DNA from: Octopus sinensis
Taxonomy: Eukaryota
Direction: 5' to 3'
NCBI RefSeq assembly: GCF_006345805.1
Contig: NC_043011.1
Coordinates: 37,708,464-37,772,463 of the forward strand
Length of the DNA: 64,000 nucleotides
The translations under genes were made by a program, and so were the position numbers. Below, piece by piece: positions 12,488 to 27,439 of the stretch. The notes beneath the pieces were generated by a model. That model saw only the letters and a list, made by a program, of their open reading frames with translations. It did no database searches and had not been told where the DNA came from. Every line of letters starts with the position of its first letter. Within the stretch, counting starts at the first letter, position 1.

Positions 12488-13061
12488 TTAAAGTAATACA
12501 TCTGCTTGTGGCTCCTACACATGTTTCGTCTTTTGTATTCTGTAAATTTGAACTATATGTGTATATACATATATGTATGTATGTGCGTGTGTGAGTATAG
12601 CATATATGTCTGTACATACATACATACATACGTATGCATATATATATTAAAATACATATATATTTCTTTGATAATAAGAAAATGTTAAAAAGAGTTTACA
12701 AGGAAATAGCTGAGAAAATATTAAGCAAAACGTTCAATAAAAATATTAGTTCAATAAAAATCATATTTAGTACTATATATATATACACACACAGCAGGAC
12801 ATATTTAGGAGTTTACAAATAATTTGAGATGAACTGACATGTTTTAATTTTTTTTATTTTGTTTGAAGCTAAGAATTGTTTACTGTTTTAAGGGACACCG
12901 TGGGAGGTTGGTTGGGGTGGAACGGACACAGAGGCACACACACTCACACCATTCTGACCTCTAAGATCATTCCACAACACCACTGAACCATGACAGACTA
13001 GCCCAGAAACAAAATAATCCTTTCCATTCCACATTGCTCTTCCTTCCCCCCACACCAACCA

Positions 13062-13064
13062 TCG

Positions 13065-13151
<87 letters not shown>

Positions 13152-13392
13152 TTGTATGTGTGTGTGTGTGTGTGTCTGTGTGTCTGTGCGTGTGTGTGTG
13201 TGTTTTCCTCCCAACATCGCTTGACAAACGATGCTGGTGTGTTTGCGTCCCCGTAACTTAGCGGTTCTGCAAAAGATAACGATAGAATAAGTACTAGGCT
13301 TACAAAGAATAAGTCCTGGAGTCGATTTGCTCGACTAAAGGTGGTGCTCCAGCATGGCCGCATTCAAATGACTGAAACAAGTAAAAGAGAAA
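13062..13392 (+). mobile_element. Headless SINE: internal (TA)(TG) tract plus 3' half
   Basis: The 3' half matches the 41370 copy. The head is absent upstream of the microsatellite. Confidence 0.85.
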
Positions 13393-13419
13393 AAAGGTAT
13401 ATATGTAACGTATAGATCT

Positions 13420-13615
13420 CAAAATTTGGGTAGAAGGACTGTAACAGCACGGGAAGATGTATGTCGATGGTATCGACCCTCAGTACGCAACTGGTATATA
13501 TTTTATCGACTCCCAGTCCTCAACTGGTTTTTATTTTATCGAACCCAACAAGATGAGAGGCAATGTCGACCTCGGCGTCATTTTAATTCAGAACATAAAG
13601 ACGCACGAAATGGAG
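13420..13615 (-). mobile_element. Partial Deu/Nin-like SINE
   Basis: ATCGACC...ACGCAACTGGTA...TTTATCG...GTCGACCTCGGC...CAGAACATAAAGACG. Confidence 0.7.
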
Positions 13616-13629
13616 CATTTTTACACTTG

Positions 13630-13735
13630 TAGTTGCTTCAGTAATTTGACAGTGGCCATACTGGAGCACCACCTTTAGTCGAGCAAATCGACCTCACGAC
13701 TTATTCTTTCTAAGCCTAGTACTTATTCTATAGAG
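13630..13735 (-). mobile_element. SINE 3' tail (inverted relative to 13270-13392)
   Basis: CTGGAGCACCACCTTTAGTCGAGCAAATCGAC...AAGCCTAGTACTTATTCTAT. Confidence 0.8.
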
Positions 13736-14102
13736 TAAAGAGTATATCGTCATGAAACTTTTTTCGACACGCCATTATATTATTGCTACAAATTTGATTA
13801 AATCACAAATGAAATATATTCATTGACGGCATAGCATAATGTAAAATGTGTTTATATATTCGTATACGCAGAAATAAGTACGACCTTGGTTATATATATA
13901 AATTTTATGTAGAATACAACCCCGGCCGCACCACCGACCATTAACATTAATAACGATTGTAATAATAAGAGCGAAAATACAGGCAAGTTTGTGTTATAGA
14001 CATAAACAATTGTATGCGTGGGTGTATGTATGTCTTATATATATCTACGTGTGTCTGTATGTATATGAATATATACTTATATATGTATATGTACATATAT
14101 AT

Positions 14103-14133
<31 letters not shown>

Positions 14134-14209
14134 TATACTATATGACATAAATCTATATGCATGCATATATATGTGTACATACCTACATATATATATATAT
14201 ATTATATAT

Positions 14210-14251
<42 letters not shown>

Positions 14252-14461
14252 ATATATATTATATATATATATATATATATTAGTCGCGGATATAACTAAT
14301 ATTATGTATGTAAACAAAGTTATATTTATAGGGTTAATAAACATATTTTTAGATTTTCTATGAAATTACCCTGAGAAGTATTTTGGAGTAGAGATTTCAT
14401 ATGTACATATATATATATATATATACATAGACACATATCTATGTACAAATGTACAATCCTC

Positions 14462-14492
<31 letters not shown>

Positions 14493-14496
14493 GTGT

Positions 14497-14538
<42 letters not shown>

Positions 14539-15363
14539 GTGTGTGTATGTGTGTGTGTGTGTGTGTGTGTGTATTCATTTACAACACAGTTCTATAGACA
14601 TACATTTATTCTCGCAAAGAGAATTATTGGCTTTTTGCGCATATACAAAATTCATTGTTATTTGAAGCAATCCTTATAAAAGATCAAAGAAATACTGCTA
14701 AAATTAGCGAAAGCGAGAGAGAATATTTTCGACTTAGACACGTCAACACACAAACACTAACGTATTAAATCTAACTTTTACTTTTAGATTAATAGTGTAA
14801 ACAAAGTTATAATCATGTGTTTAATAAACTTATATATTTTTAACTACTCTAGCAATGGACACTTGCATCTATTTCGTATCAACGTTTCTGTATATATGTC
14901 TGTCTTTCTATGTGTGTGCGCATAGTGCGTGTGAATACATACACCGTACGGCGGAGATTGAGAGAAGATAAAGATGGAGATAACAAAATGAGCGAGAATT
15001 AAAGAGAACACGGGAAGAATATAGATTCTATTTTGAGTTATCTTCCAGGGAATGAAATTTCGTTCACACTGTTTCTATTGAATATAAAAGGAAGCAACTC
15101 TATAATCTAAACTAAATGCGTGAAGATCATTACAATAGCATCTTGTTGACTTGTCTCTTAAGCTGATGTTGTTACTATATTAAGTAAATTCTCCGTCTCT
15201 CTCTATGAACGATCCGTAGCATTATTTATCGAAAATATTTACCCTAATAGAGAAATAATGAATTATTCATATACATTCCTGCAATTCTTAGAATTTTAAG
15301 AATTCTAATTGCAAATTTCTCAAACACAGCTTGCCGTGTTTACCTTCAAAAGAAATCTTATAA

Positions 15364-15422
<59 letters not shown>

Positions 15423-15427
<5 letters not shown>

Positions 15428-15490
15428 GAAAGAATGGAGTCGAACGACGATTTTTGTTAAAATCGCCGTTCGACTCCATTCTTTCATTTA
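15423..15490. repeat. 32-bp-arm hairpin (4-nt loop, one mismatch)
   Basis: TAAATGAAAGAATGGAGTCGAACGACGATTTT-TGTT-AAAATCGCCGTTCGACTCCATTCTTTCATTTA. Confidence 0.95.
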
Positions 15491-15494
15491 TTCA

Positions 15495-15645
15495 TAGTTA
15501 AAAAAAGCACACAATTTTACACACGAGAACACGGGATCCCTGCCCTTGGCATATAGCTTGAACCGTGCTTTCTGACGTGAATTTGCTACCCAGGTATCGG
15601 TTAACCGAATTATCCATACTAGGATAATTCATTCACCTTCTTATA
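15495..15645. repeat. ~150-bp TA-embedded repeat, copy 1 (copy 2 at 49505-49650)
   Basis: Colinear match with an identical core TTTCTGACGTGAATTTGCTACCCAGGTATCGGTTAACCGAATTATCCATA. Confidence 0.85.
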
Positions 15646-15720
<75 letters not shown>

Positions 15721-15744
15721 ATATATATATGTACATAATAAAAA

Positions 15745-16260
15745 AGGGTAAAATTAATTAATTAACCAGTAATCAATAATTACACCAAGTAGAATTCGGC
15801 ATGAAAAAGGACCATTTCTCGGTAAACTTAAGTAATATTTTATAATTAGGGTTCAGCAAAGATTTTGCTTTACCGCATACCGAAGTTTAGAAATAGCAGT
15901 CAAAGAACCTTAGCTATTTCCTCTACTTTAAAAAGAAGCTCTCGGACAGAAACAAAGTACTCGAAAACAATCCATGCAGGTAGAGAGGTAAAACAACGAA
16001 AATCAATCAATATTTGATTACCCATGTACGCGTTTCGGAATTAGATTGGTATAAAAATGCAGAATTTATACTTTATCCAAACATTTTCTTCTTCAGCATG
16101 GGACTTCACAATATTAAATGCGAAGGCACTCGAAGAGTCGAATATACCTCTCCAACTAACAGTATCAGACAGATCATATTCAACCTCCAGTACCGCCGAA
16201 TTCAAAATATACGAATGAGGTTCATCACCTTCCCCTGCCCATCCACGTGAGTCATCAAGT
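15745..16260 (-). mobile_element. Hammerhead-bearing Penelope-type terminal repeat (non-coding), copy A
   Basis: Homologous to 16325-16745 and 44915-45250. Contains a hammerhead at 16021-16102 and its 3' end abuts (TA)n. The Penelope link is inferred. Confidence 0.65.
16021..16102 (-). ncRNA. Type I hammerhead ribozyme motif with long stem II
   Basis: CCCAUG-CUGAAGA-A-[GAAAAUGUUUGG...CCAAUCUAAUUCC]-GAAAC-GC-GUA-CAUGGG. Stem I is a perfect 6 bp and stem III is the palindrome ACGCGU. Confidence 0.75.
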
Positions 16261-16324
16261 AAAAATACTACAGAAAAAATCTGTAGTTTATTATCAGGAA
16301 GAAAATTATATTATCAATAATAGC

Positions 16325-16745
16325 ATAGGGTAAAAGTAGTTAATTAACTAGTAATCAATAATTGTAGGGGAGAGCCTAGTCGGTTAGATCGACCACAGTA
16401 TGCAAGTGGTACTTAATTTATCGACCCCGAAAGGATGAAAGGTAAAGTCGACCTCGGCAGAATTTGAACTCAAAACATAAAGACGGACGAAATAGCCCTA
16501 AGCATTTGTCTCGGCATGCCAACGTTTCCTTTCTATTCTAGGCACAAAGCTCGAAATTTTTGGGGATTAGACCGACCGCAGTATGCAACTGGTACTTAAT
16601 TCATCGACACAATTCGGCACGAAAAAGGACCATTTCTCGGTAAACTTAAGTAATACATTATAATTAGGGTTCAGCAAAGATTTGCTTTACCATATACCGA
16701 AGTTTAGAAATTCTACATTCTTTATACCAATCTAATTCCGACCAA
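16325..16745 (-). mobile_element. Second tandem copy of the terminal repeat, split by a SINE insertion
   Basis: 16325-16365 matches 15747-15785 and 16610-16712 matches 15793-15897, separated by SINE 16368-16607. Confidence 0.7.
16368..16607 (-). mobile_element. Dimeric Deu/Nin-like SINE
   Basis: Reverse complement closely matches 17428-17658. Confidence 0.85.
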
Positions 16746-17138
16746 CTAGGTTACGGCTGGGAGAATGAATACTGGAAACTATTCCGAAGTTTATAATAAT
16801 GATCTTGTTTGAGGGAGCAAAATAAGATAATGAAGCAGGGGAGAAGAAGGAGGAAGGGAATGGACGGAGGAAAGAAAGAAGTAGACTATGTATGTAATAC
16901 TTGTAATGCGTGAATCCATGTGTGAATATGAAGACGCGTTGTATATCCTGTCACTCCTTGTTGATGCCTGCATAACTTGAAGGACAAATACGTACTTTAG
17001 TTATGCAAACACAGCAGGTAAATTAACATACTTCAAAAGTTGTAAGATTTATATTTCGTCTTCGCTTCAAGATTTTCTGCTAAATAAGGCTCATTCCATA
17101 CCTGATATTTTAATTTAAAATTTTAACTTCCAATAAAG

Positions 17139-17692
17139 ACGGTGAGCTGGCAGAATCGTTAGCACCCCCGGTTGAAACGCTTAGCGATACTTCGTCTCTC
17201 TTTACGTTCTTAGTTCAAATTCCGCCGAGGTAGACTTTGCTTTTCATCATTTCGGGATCGATAAATTACGTACCAGTTACTCACTGGGGTCGATATAATC
17301 GACTTAATCCGTTTGTCTGTCCTCTGTGTTTAGCCCCTTGTAGGTAGTAAAGGAATAGATATTTCGTCTGCTGTTACGTTCTGAGTTCAAATTCCGCCAA
17401 GGTCGACTTTGCTTTTCATCATTTCGGGGTCGATAAATTAAGTACCAGTTGCATACTGGTGTCGGTCTAATCCCTAAAAGTTTCGCGCTTTGTGCCTAGA
17501 GTAGAAAAGAAACGTTAGCACGTTAGGGCTATTTCGTCCGTCTTTATGTTTTGAGGTCAAATTCCGCCAAGGTCGGCTTAACCTTTCATCCTTTCGGGGT
17601 CGATAAATTAAGTACCACTTGCATACTGAGGTCGATCTAACCGACTAGGCCCTCCCCTAAATTTTCGGGCATTGTGCCTAGAGTAGAAAAAA
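17139..17692 (+). mobile_element. Trimeric Deu/Nin-like SINE
   Basis: Head GACGGTGAGCTGGCAGAATCGTTAGC followed by three GGTCGACTTT...TTTCATC...TCGATAAATTAAGTACC units. Confidence 0.9.
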
Positions 17693-18104
17693 ATTAACTT
17701 CCGATATTACTAATTGTATTACCTGTAGGGTGTTAACAAATTAAATGTTAGACGCCGTTTCAAAATCGTGGTGAAAATACCGATAGCTTGTCCGAAGTAG
17801 TTTCTTGTTCAGAGTTGAGTTTTTGCTGATGAACTGTATTTGATTCTAGTTTCAGAACCGATTCAGAGATAGATCAGGCTAACTAAATTTAGTTATTTTA
17901 CAAATTGCGCAATATTTACATAACATGCATAAATAAAATAGATTTGGTATTCTAATTATGTATAAGAGACCTATAAGCGCATTCCAGGTTATTGAGAGAA
18001 TTTCAATATAAAACGGAGGAAAGAAAGACATAATAACTCAATTTTCATACCTCAAAATGTTGCAATGTCCAGTTAACCCATTTTAATATTAAGGCAACGA
18101 TGTA

Positions 18105-18118
18105 TGTATGTATATATA

Positions 18119-18172
<54 letters not shown>

Positions 18173-18365
18173 TATATATATAATACATATATATATATAT
18201 ATAATATATATATATATATATACATATATATACATACATATATATACATATAAATATATATATACACACACATATATATATACACATATATATATGAATA
18301 TAACTATACATGCATATATATATATATACACATATATATATATATATATATACACACACATATAT

Positions 18366-18408
<43 letters not shown>

Positions 18409-18420
18409 CATGTATGTGTG
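18105..18420. repeat. Long (TA)n/(TACA)n tract
   Basis: Read directly. Explains several YI-repeat ORFs. Confidence 0.97.
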
Positions 18421-18703
18421 TATGTGTGCATGCATGCATGCGTCTATATACGTATAAACATGTATATATGTTTGTTTGTTTGTGACCGTATACGTATATA
18501 TATTGTATCTAGACACATACACAACGTGCATACACACATAAAAATACGTATAAGAAGATGTGTGAAGGAGTATATTATTTGTGTTTCTTATAAAAGCAGC
18601 TTCATGTTTCCTTTTGTTTTATTTGTTGTATTTTTGTTGTAATAGCTTTCTATATTGTGGAACAATATGACTGACGTAGACTTTATTTTTATTTTATATT
18701 ACT

Positions 18704-18989
18704 TAGGCGCCCTTTTCAAGCCTAGCCAGGCTCATGGGCCCGGTTTCAAGGGTTTCTGTGGTGTATGTGTTCCCCCGCCAGCTGGACGGGACACCAGTCC
18801 ATCGCAGCGTTACTCAAGAGAAAGTTGGGGGCTAAAGAGTGCAACAGGGGTCACCACCATTCCCTGCGGAGCATCGTGGAGCTTTTAGGTGTTTTCGCCG
18901 AATAAACACAACGCCCAGTCTGGGAATCGAAACCGCGATCCACCGACCGCGTGTTCGCTGCCCTAACCACTGGACCATTGCGCCTCTAC
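18704..18989 (-). mobile_element. OR-type SINE with probable 11-bp target-site duplication
   Basis: tRNA-like head at 18989. CGTAGACTTTA occurs on both flanks (about 18675 and 18992). Confidence 0.85.
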
Positions 18990-20015
18990 GTCGTAGACTT
19001 TACTGTTGAAAAATAAAATTTTATCTATAAATTTATACGTCATCTGTGACGTGGGTTTATACATTTCTTGGAACATTTCGCAACTATATTTATTTTCGAA
19101 TTGTGCTATATTACGTATTATGCGTCCTTCAATCTGTATTAATTTTGTGGTTAACCTTACATTTCATGTTAGTATTATCAACTACTGTTTCCCATTTCTA
19201 TTTGATAGGTACCTGTATTTCATTTTAATTGCTGATTGCTTTATTGTTCTGTTGTTTATACAAGAGGACGTTCAACTTGTATAGCAAATCTTAATATTCG
19301 GTGTAATGAAGATGATAAGCTTCAAGTCTACAATTGAAATTAGTACATGCGTCGTACATTTGTAAATTCTTCGCGGTTCAGCGTGTATATGGCTTCCTGT
19401 TGATAAGGAGGTCTGTGATTATATAATATGTGCAATATATCGGTGGTAGTTTATGATAGACACGATGTATTGTATATGCTAATTTATCGGATTTCTGATA
19501 ATATGTTTGTCTCCTCTATTCTTAATATGCATTCAATTCATAATAATACAATTTATGTTTGAATTGAGTATTTTTAATGGCGGTTACGCCTGTTGTAAGC
19601 TTTGTATGGCATTTGTGCATATACTGTTCAGTGGTATATAGAAACAGACATATGCATAAGTACATAGATTAATGCACGCGTATATGACATGAGGATATGC
19701 ATGAATTCGAAATACGAGAGTAGAACAACAGCCAACAACTGATGAGCGGTCGTTCTTTATATTGTCTGTCTTGTTTTCCATTTGTGTCTTTCGTTGTTCG
19801 AAACATAGTTCATATTCAATGCACTCGAATTTCGTATTATTTGTTGTTGCACACGTTTAATGACGTCTTTTGCCCACATATGCAAATATATATATATATA
19901 TATAATTTCAGCAGAACAATTAAGAGTCAAATGAATTCAAATGAATATGGTACTTAACTTAGATGCACCAGAATTCTTTATGGTATTAACCATAAAATTA
20001 TGTGGGGTGATTGTA

Positions 20016-20115
20016 ACCAAGAAAAAAGCAACAATAATGGATCGGTAGTTTAGTACAATTGTTTCGAAACAATTGTACTAAACAACCGATCCATCATTGT
20101 TGCTTTTTTTCTTGG

Positions 20116-20116
<1 letters not shown>
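20016..20116. repeat. ~100-bp loopless palindrome centred on TTCGAA
   Basis: ACCAAGAAAAAAGCAACAATAATGGATCGGTAGTTTAGTACAATTGTTTC|GAAACAATTGTACTAAACAACCGATCCATCATTGTTGCTTTTTTTCTTGGT, with 2 mismatches and 1 indel. Confidence 0.97.
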
Positions 20117-20154
<38 letters not shown>

Positions 20155-20167
20155 CATACATACATAC

Positions 20168-20200
<33 letters not shown>

Positions 20201-20815
20201 TATATATAAATATATACATATATATATACGTATAGATATAAGTATGTAGATATACGTAAGTATAAATGCATATATATATATATATATACCGTAATTGTGA
20301 ATGCAAAATTTTGAGGAGGCAGTGGTAAATAAAACACCCGTTCACGTTATAGGTATTCAAAAGAAAATTTAGATAGCGTTAGGTATATGTATATATATAT
20401 ATATGTGTGTGTGTATGTATGTAGATATGTATATATATATATGTATATGTGTATTTGTCTTTGTGGGTATATGTGTGTGTATGTGTTTAATTGGATTCGA
20501 ACACCTACGTTCACAAGGTAAGTATACTAACATGTAGGATTTAGCTTAACCATCAACAACGTTGTAGTCAAAGCTCATGATCTTCAGTTCCAAGCAAAAC
20601 TAGCTTGCTAGAATATGGATTTCACTGGCTATAGGTGGTTATTTCCCCTCTCAATTCATAGAATGTGTTTTTTGTGGGTATAAGGAGCTTCGGCTCTTGT
20701 TTCTACTAACGATCCATGCGCTACCCTGCACCATTAGTCACTATGAGCAACAATAGAATATGTTTCTCTTTTATATTGCCTCTAGAAACCTTCGTTGTTA
20801 TGTGTGTGTGTGTGT

Positions 20816-21110
20816 GTGGTGGCACATGGCCTAGTGGTTAGAGAAGCGGACACGCGGTCGATGGATCGCGGTTTCGAATCTCAGACCGGGTGATGTGCGT
20901 GCTTATGAGCGAAACATCTAAGCCTCACGCGGCTCCGACAGAAGGTAATGGCGAACCTCTGTTAATTCTTTCACCACAACTCTCTCTCAGTCTTTTCTCC
21001 TGCATCTTGCAGCTCACCTGCGACGGAACAGCGTCCCGTCCAATAGGGGAACCTATACGGCAAGTAAACCGGGAAACCGACCGTATGAGACAGGCGTGGT
21101 TGGAGAAGGA
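20816..21110 (+). mobile_element. OR-type SINE, full length
   Basis: GTGGTGGCACATGGCCTAGTGGTTAGA head, with the body homologous to 12278-12487. Confidence 0.85.
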
Positions 21111-21131
21111 ACAAATAATATATATATACAT

Positions 21132-21196
<65 letters not shown>

Positions 21197-21201
<5 letters not shown>

Positions 21202-21204
21202 TAT

Positions 21205-21281
<77 letters not shown>

Positions 21282-21305
21282 AGATAGATGGATAGATAGA
21301 TATAG
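21197..21305. repeat. (GATA)n microsatellite
   Basis: Read directly. Confidence 0.97.
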
Positions 21306-22097
21306 GCACGTACTGAAGCACAGTTTTGGGGCCATAAGTCATGAAAATTATAGAGGGAAAAATAGACTTCGCGTCAGTGCAGTCAGTCTTTGAGTTTCAT
21401 ATTGTATTCAATCGAAGAGAATCTACTACACAACAGCAGCAAAAATAAATATGTACATAAAACCACAACGCAAACACAAAATGAATGCCATCCTTCGTAT
21501 CCACGGTGAACTTCTCAAGTAGTGCTCAGTCCCTTATTACCAACATGGAAGTAGGCGCACCGAACTGGGGTATCCAAATGAAAATTTCGAAAGGATTCAA
21601 TTCGTGCAACATAAAGTAGTTACGCTTGGATATGTTTTCTGTAAACTCGAGAACGATATTGATATTGGCATAATGTGCAGTTTCCCTTAGATACTTAAAT
21701 ATCGTATTGCATGACATCTGGAGTGTTGTGTTACATGTCGTTTGAAGCAGCACATATTAAGAAATATATAATGAACACAAGAAACCGTAGGTACATTAAA
21801 CTCTCAAGATGCAACTGCAAATGTCAACTATATCATTCTTTTATCCGAGACATAACAACAGCAGTCCGAAAATGTCATCGATGGAAAAATGTAACATTAC
21901 GTTATAACCTTGTTAATGCAATATACAAGACCACCTCTTTCAAAGACTGTTATGGATTACATTTATATATATATATTATGGCAACCGAATAATTGTCGAA
22001 TACTTTATTACAGATAAATTCCTCTATTTACATAATAACGAGGGCCCTTTCATTCTTTTGTTGTCTTACCATTACTATATATATATACATATAGATA

Positions 22098-24968
<2,871 letters not shown>

Positions 24969-25112
24969 TATCGGTGCAAGAGATTTTGATGAAAACATTC
25001 TATCCCCAAAAAATCCTGTCAAATACAAGCAAACGAGGAGTGGTGGAGTGAGCTAGATACTGACTGACAAGACGACACCCCCTCCACACACACATAGAAA
25101 TACACACACACA

Positions 25113-25145
<33 letters not shown>

Positions 25146-25774
25146 CCTTATGTTCGTAGAATATAGCTACTCAGCTGATATGAAAAGTTTCACCAAAAAT
25201 AAAGATATTCATGGACAACATTTTGCGAACAAAATCTTCAATTCTGATTATATATTCACACTTATCCCAATAGTTATTCATGTATTTACTCAAGTTAGCA
25301 AATATCTTTGCAGCATGCGAGAAAAACATGCAATTTCAGGTAACGGGGAAGGTGTAACAAGCAAAGGCTAGGTCTAGAAATACATTCTAAAAGGGGAAGA
25401 GTACAAATATATAAACGTTTCCTAAAGTTAGTCATGATACACCATTATTAATATCATAATGCCAGCGATGAAGCTTGGTACTTAGTCAGATAGCCGTTCG
25501 TTTCTTATAACAAGAATTTTAAATAGACAAAGAAAATTGTATATTTATATAGATATGTTTGTATATATGTATATATTGATATAAGTTTTGTTTTTGAAGC
25601 GTTGAAATGTAAGGTAGATTAAGTAGAAAGATAATTTTTGTTTCAACACGCAATTACTGAGCAGAATATATATGATGAAATCCTTTTCAAGAGAAGGTTG
25701 GTTTGCCGGAAACTTTTTGTGCTCTTTATGTATACTGTTCAGTGTTGAAAAACAAATATATATTTCTACTTGTT

Positions 25775-26921
25775 ATATATATATGGAGTGTGGTTACATG
25801 ACTTCCTGAAAGATAGGAGTCAGGCAGTAGTGGCTAATGGAGCCACCTCTATGACCACACAAATAGTGAGTGGTGTTCCACAGGGCACTGTCTTGGGACC
25901 AGTGCTTTTTTATAGTGGCCCTCTCAGATATGCCTTCAAATGCCCGGATAGCCACTCTGGTAAGATATGCAGACGATACGAAAGTCTCGCAGAAAATACA
26001 GAACACCAGCAATGTTGCACACCTGCAGCAGGAGTTGGACTCAATCTACAGATAGGCTGAGGATAATAATATGCAGTTTAATGCTGAAATATCCCAGGCC
26101 CTGCGCTACTAGCATCCAAAATTGAATATTAAACTTACAGGATGCACCGGTCCACAGGGAATTTCAATCCCAGAGCGTAAGTCTGTGAGCGACCTGGGTA
26201 TCGACATGAGTGAGGATACCTCTTTCCAAGAGCACATTACCAGGATGGCGACAAAGTGCAGACGACTGACTGGGTGGATCCTAAGAACATTAAGAACCAG
26301 AGATAAGGAAACCATGATCGTCCTCAGCCGCCTGGATTACTGCTCACAGATATGGTCACCCACCAGTGTGGAATTAACAGCGGACCTTCAAGGAATCCAG
26401 AGAAGATTCACAAAGAAGATCGTCTCTTTGCAACAGCTCAGCTACTGGGAAAGGTTGAAACAGCTAAGACTCTACTCCCTGGAGAGCAGATGGGAGAGGT
26501 ATGCAGTAATATATGTCTGGAAGATCCTGGAAGGAATCGTGCCAAATGTTGGCATTATAAGCTACACCAATGCTAGAACGGGACGACACTGCATAGTGCC
26601 AAAGATCCCAGCAATGCCATCACGCTTCAGGACCAGCTTCTGTAACAGCCTGTGTTTCAAGGGCCCACAGCTTTTTAACATTCTCCCAAAGAGTCTGAGA
26701 AAATTGCACAAAGTAGATGTAGCGGTTTTTAAATCAAAGTTGGACATCTTCCTGTCGAGAGTCCCAGATGAACCTACCTCACGGCAAGAGGTGCAAATGA
26801 GAGTAGCTGTATCAAACTCCATTTTTCACCAAGTGCCACATATTAGAGGAGGTTGTTCGTAATAACAGTGTAGCACAAACGGAGGTGCATCAGCATGACT
26901 GCAGCTCTGAGTTGAAACAAG

Positions 26922-26925
<4 letters not shown>
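25775..26925 (+). mobile_element. CR1-clade LINE, 5'-truncated RT and 3' UTR
   Basis: WLHDFLKDRSQAVVANG, SGVPQGTVLGPVLF, YADDTK, VSDLGI, VLSRLDYCSQIWSP and SYWERLKQLRLYSLE, with stops and frameshifts. The ORF ends at 26862. Confidence 0.93.
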
Positions 26926-27004
<79 letters not shown>

Positions 27005-27011
<7 letters not shown>

Positions 27012-27190
27012 AACCCTACACGGTTGTTTTCATTCTCTCTCTGTTTAATTCCACTTATTCCTTCCCTTCTGTTGAAGAGCATAGACTCGAAACGTAAAAG
27101 AGCATTTCATTTTCTCCAGCGTGAAACTAATACATTTGCTTGTTGTTCATACAACTGGCTTCGTCTTTTGTTTTTCTATAAATTACAACT
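27005..27190 (+). mobile_element. Short Penelope-type terminal fragment with degenerate hammerhead (27064-27101)
   Basis: CUGUUGA-A-GAGC-AUAG-ACUC-GAAAC-GUA-AAAG, with A6 changed to U and a stem II mismatch. Homologous to 27440-27625 in inverted orientation. Confidence 0.6.
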
Positions 27191-27257
27191 ACATACACAC
27201 GCAGAGACATATATGGACACTCACAGAATTATATATATATACATATATACATATACG

Positions 27258-27336
<79 letters not shown>

Positions 27337-27337
27337 G

Positions 27338-27411
<74 letters not shown>

Positions 27412-27439
27412 CATACATACATACATACATACACGCATA

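Noticed and set aside
12906-13059. Imperfect 16-nt inverted repeats bounding a GC-richer segment next to a headless SINE
   Set aside because: The match is weak, with no target-site duplication or second copy.
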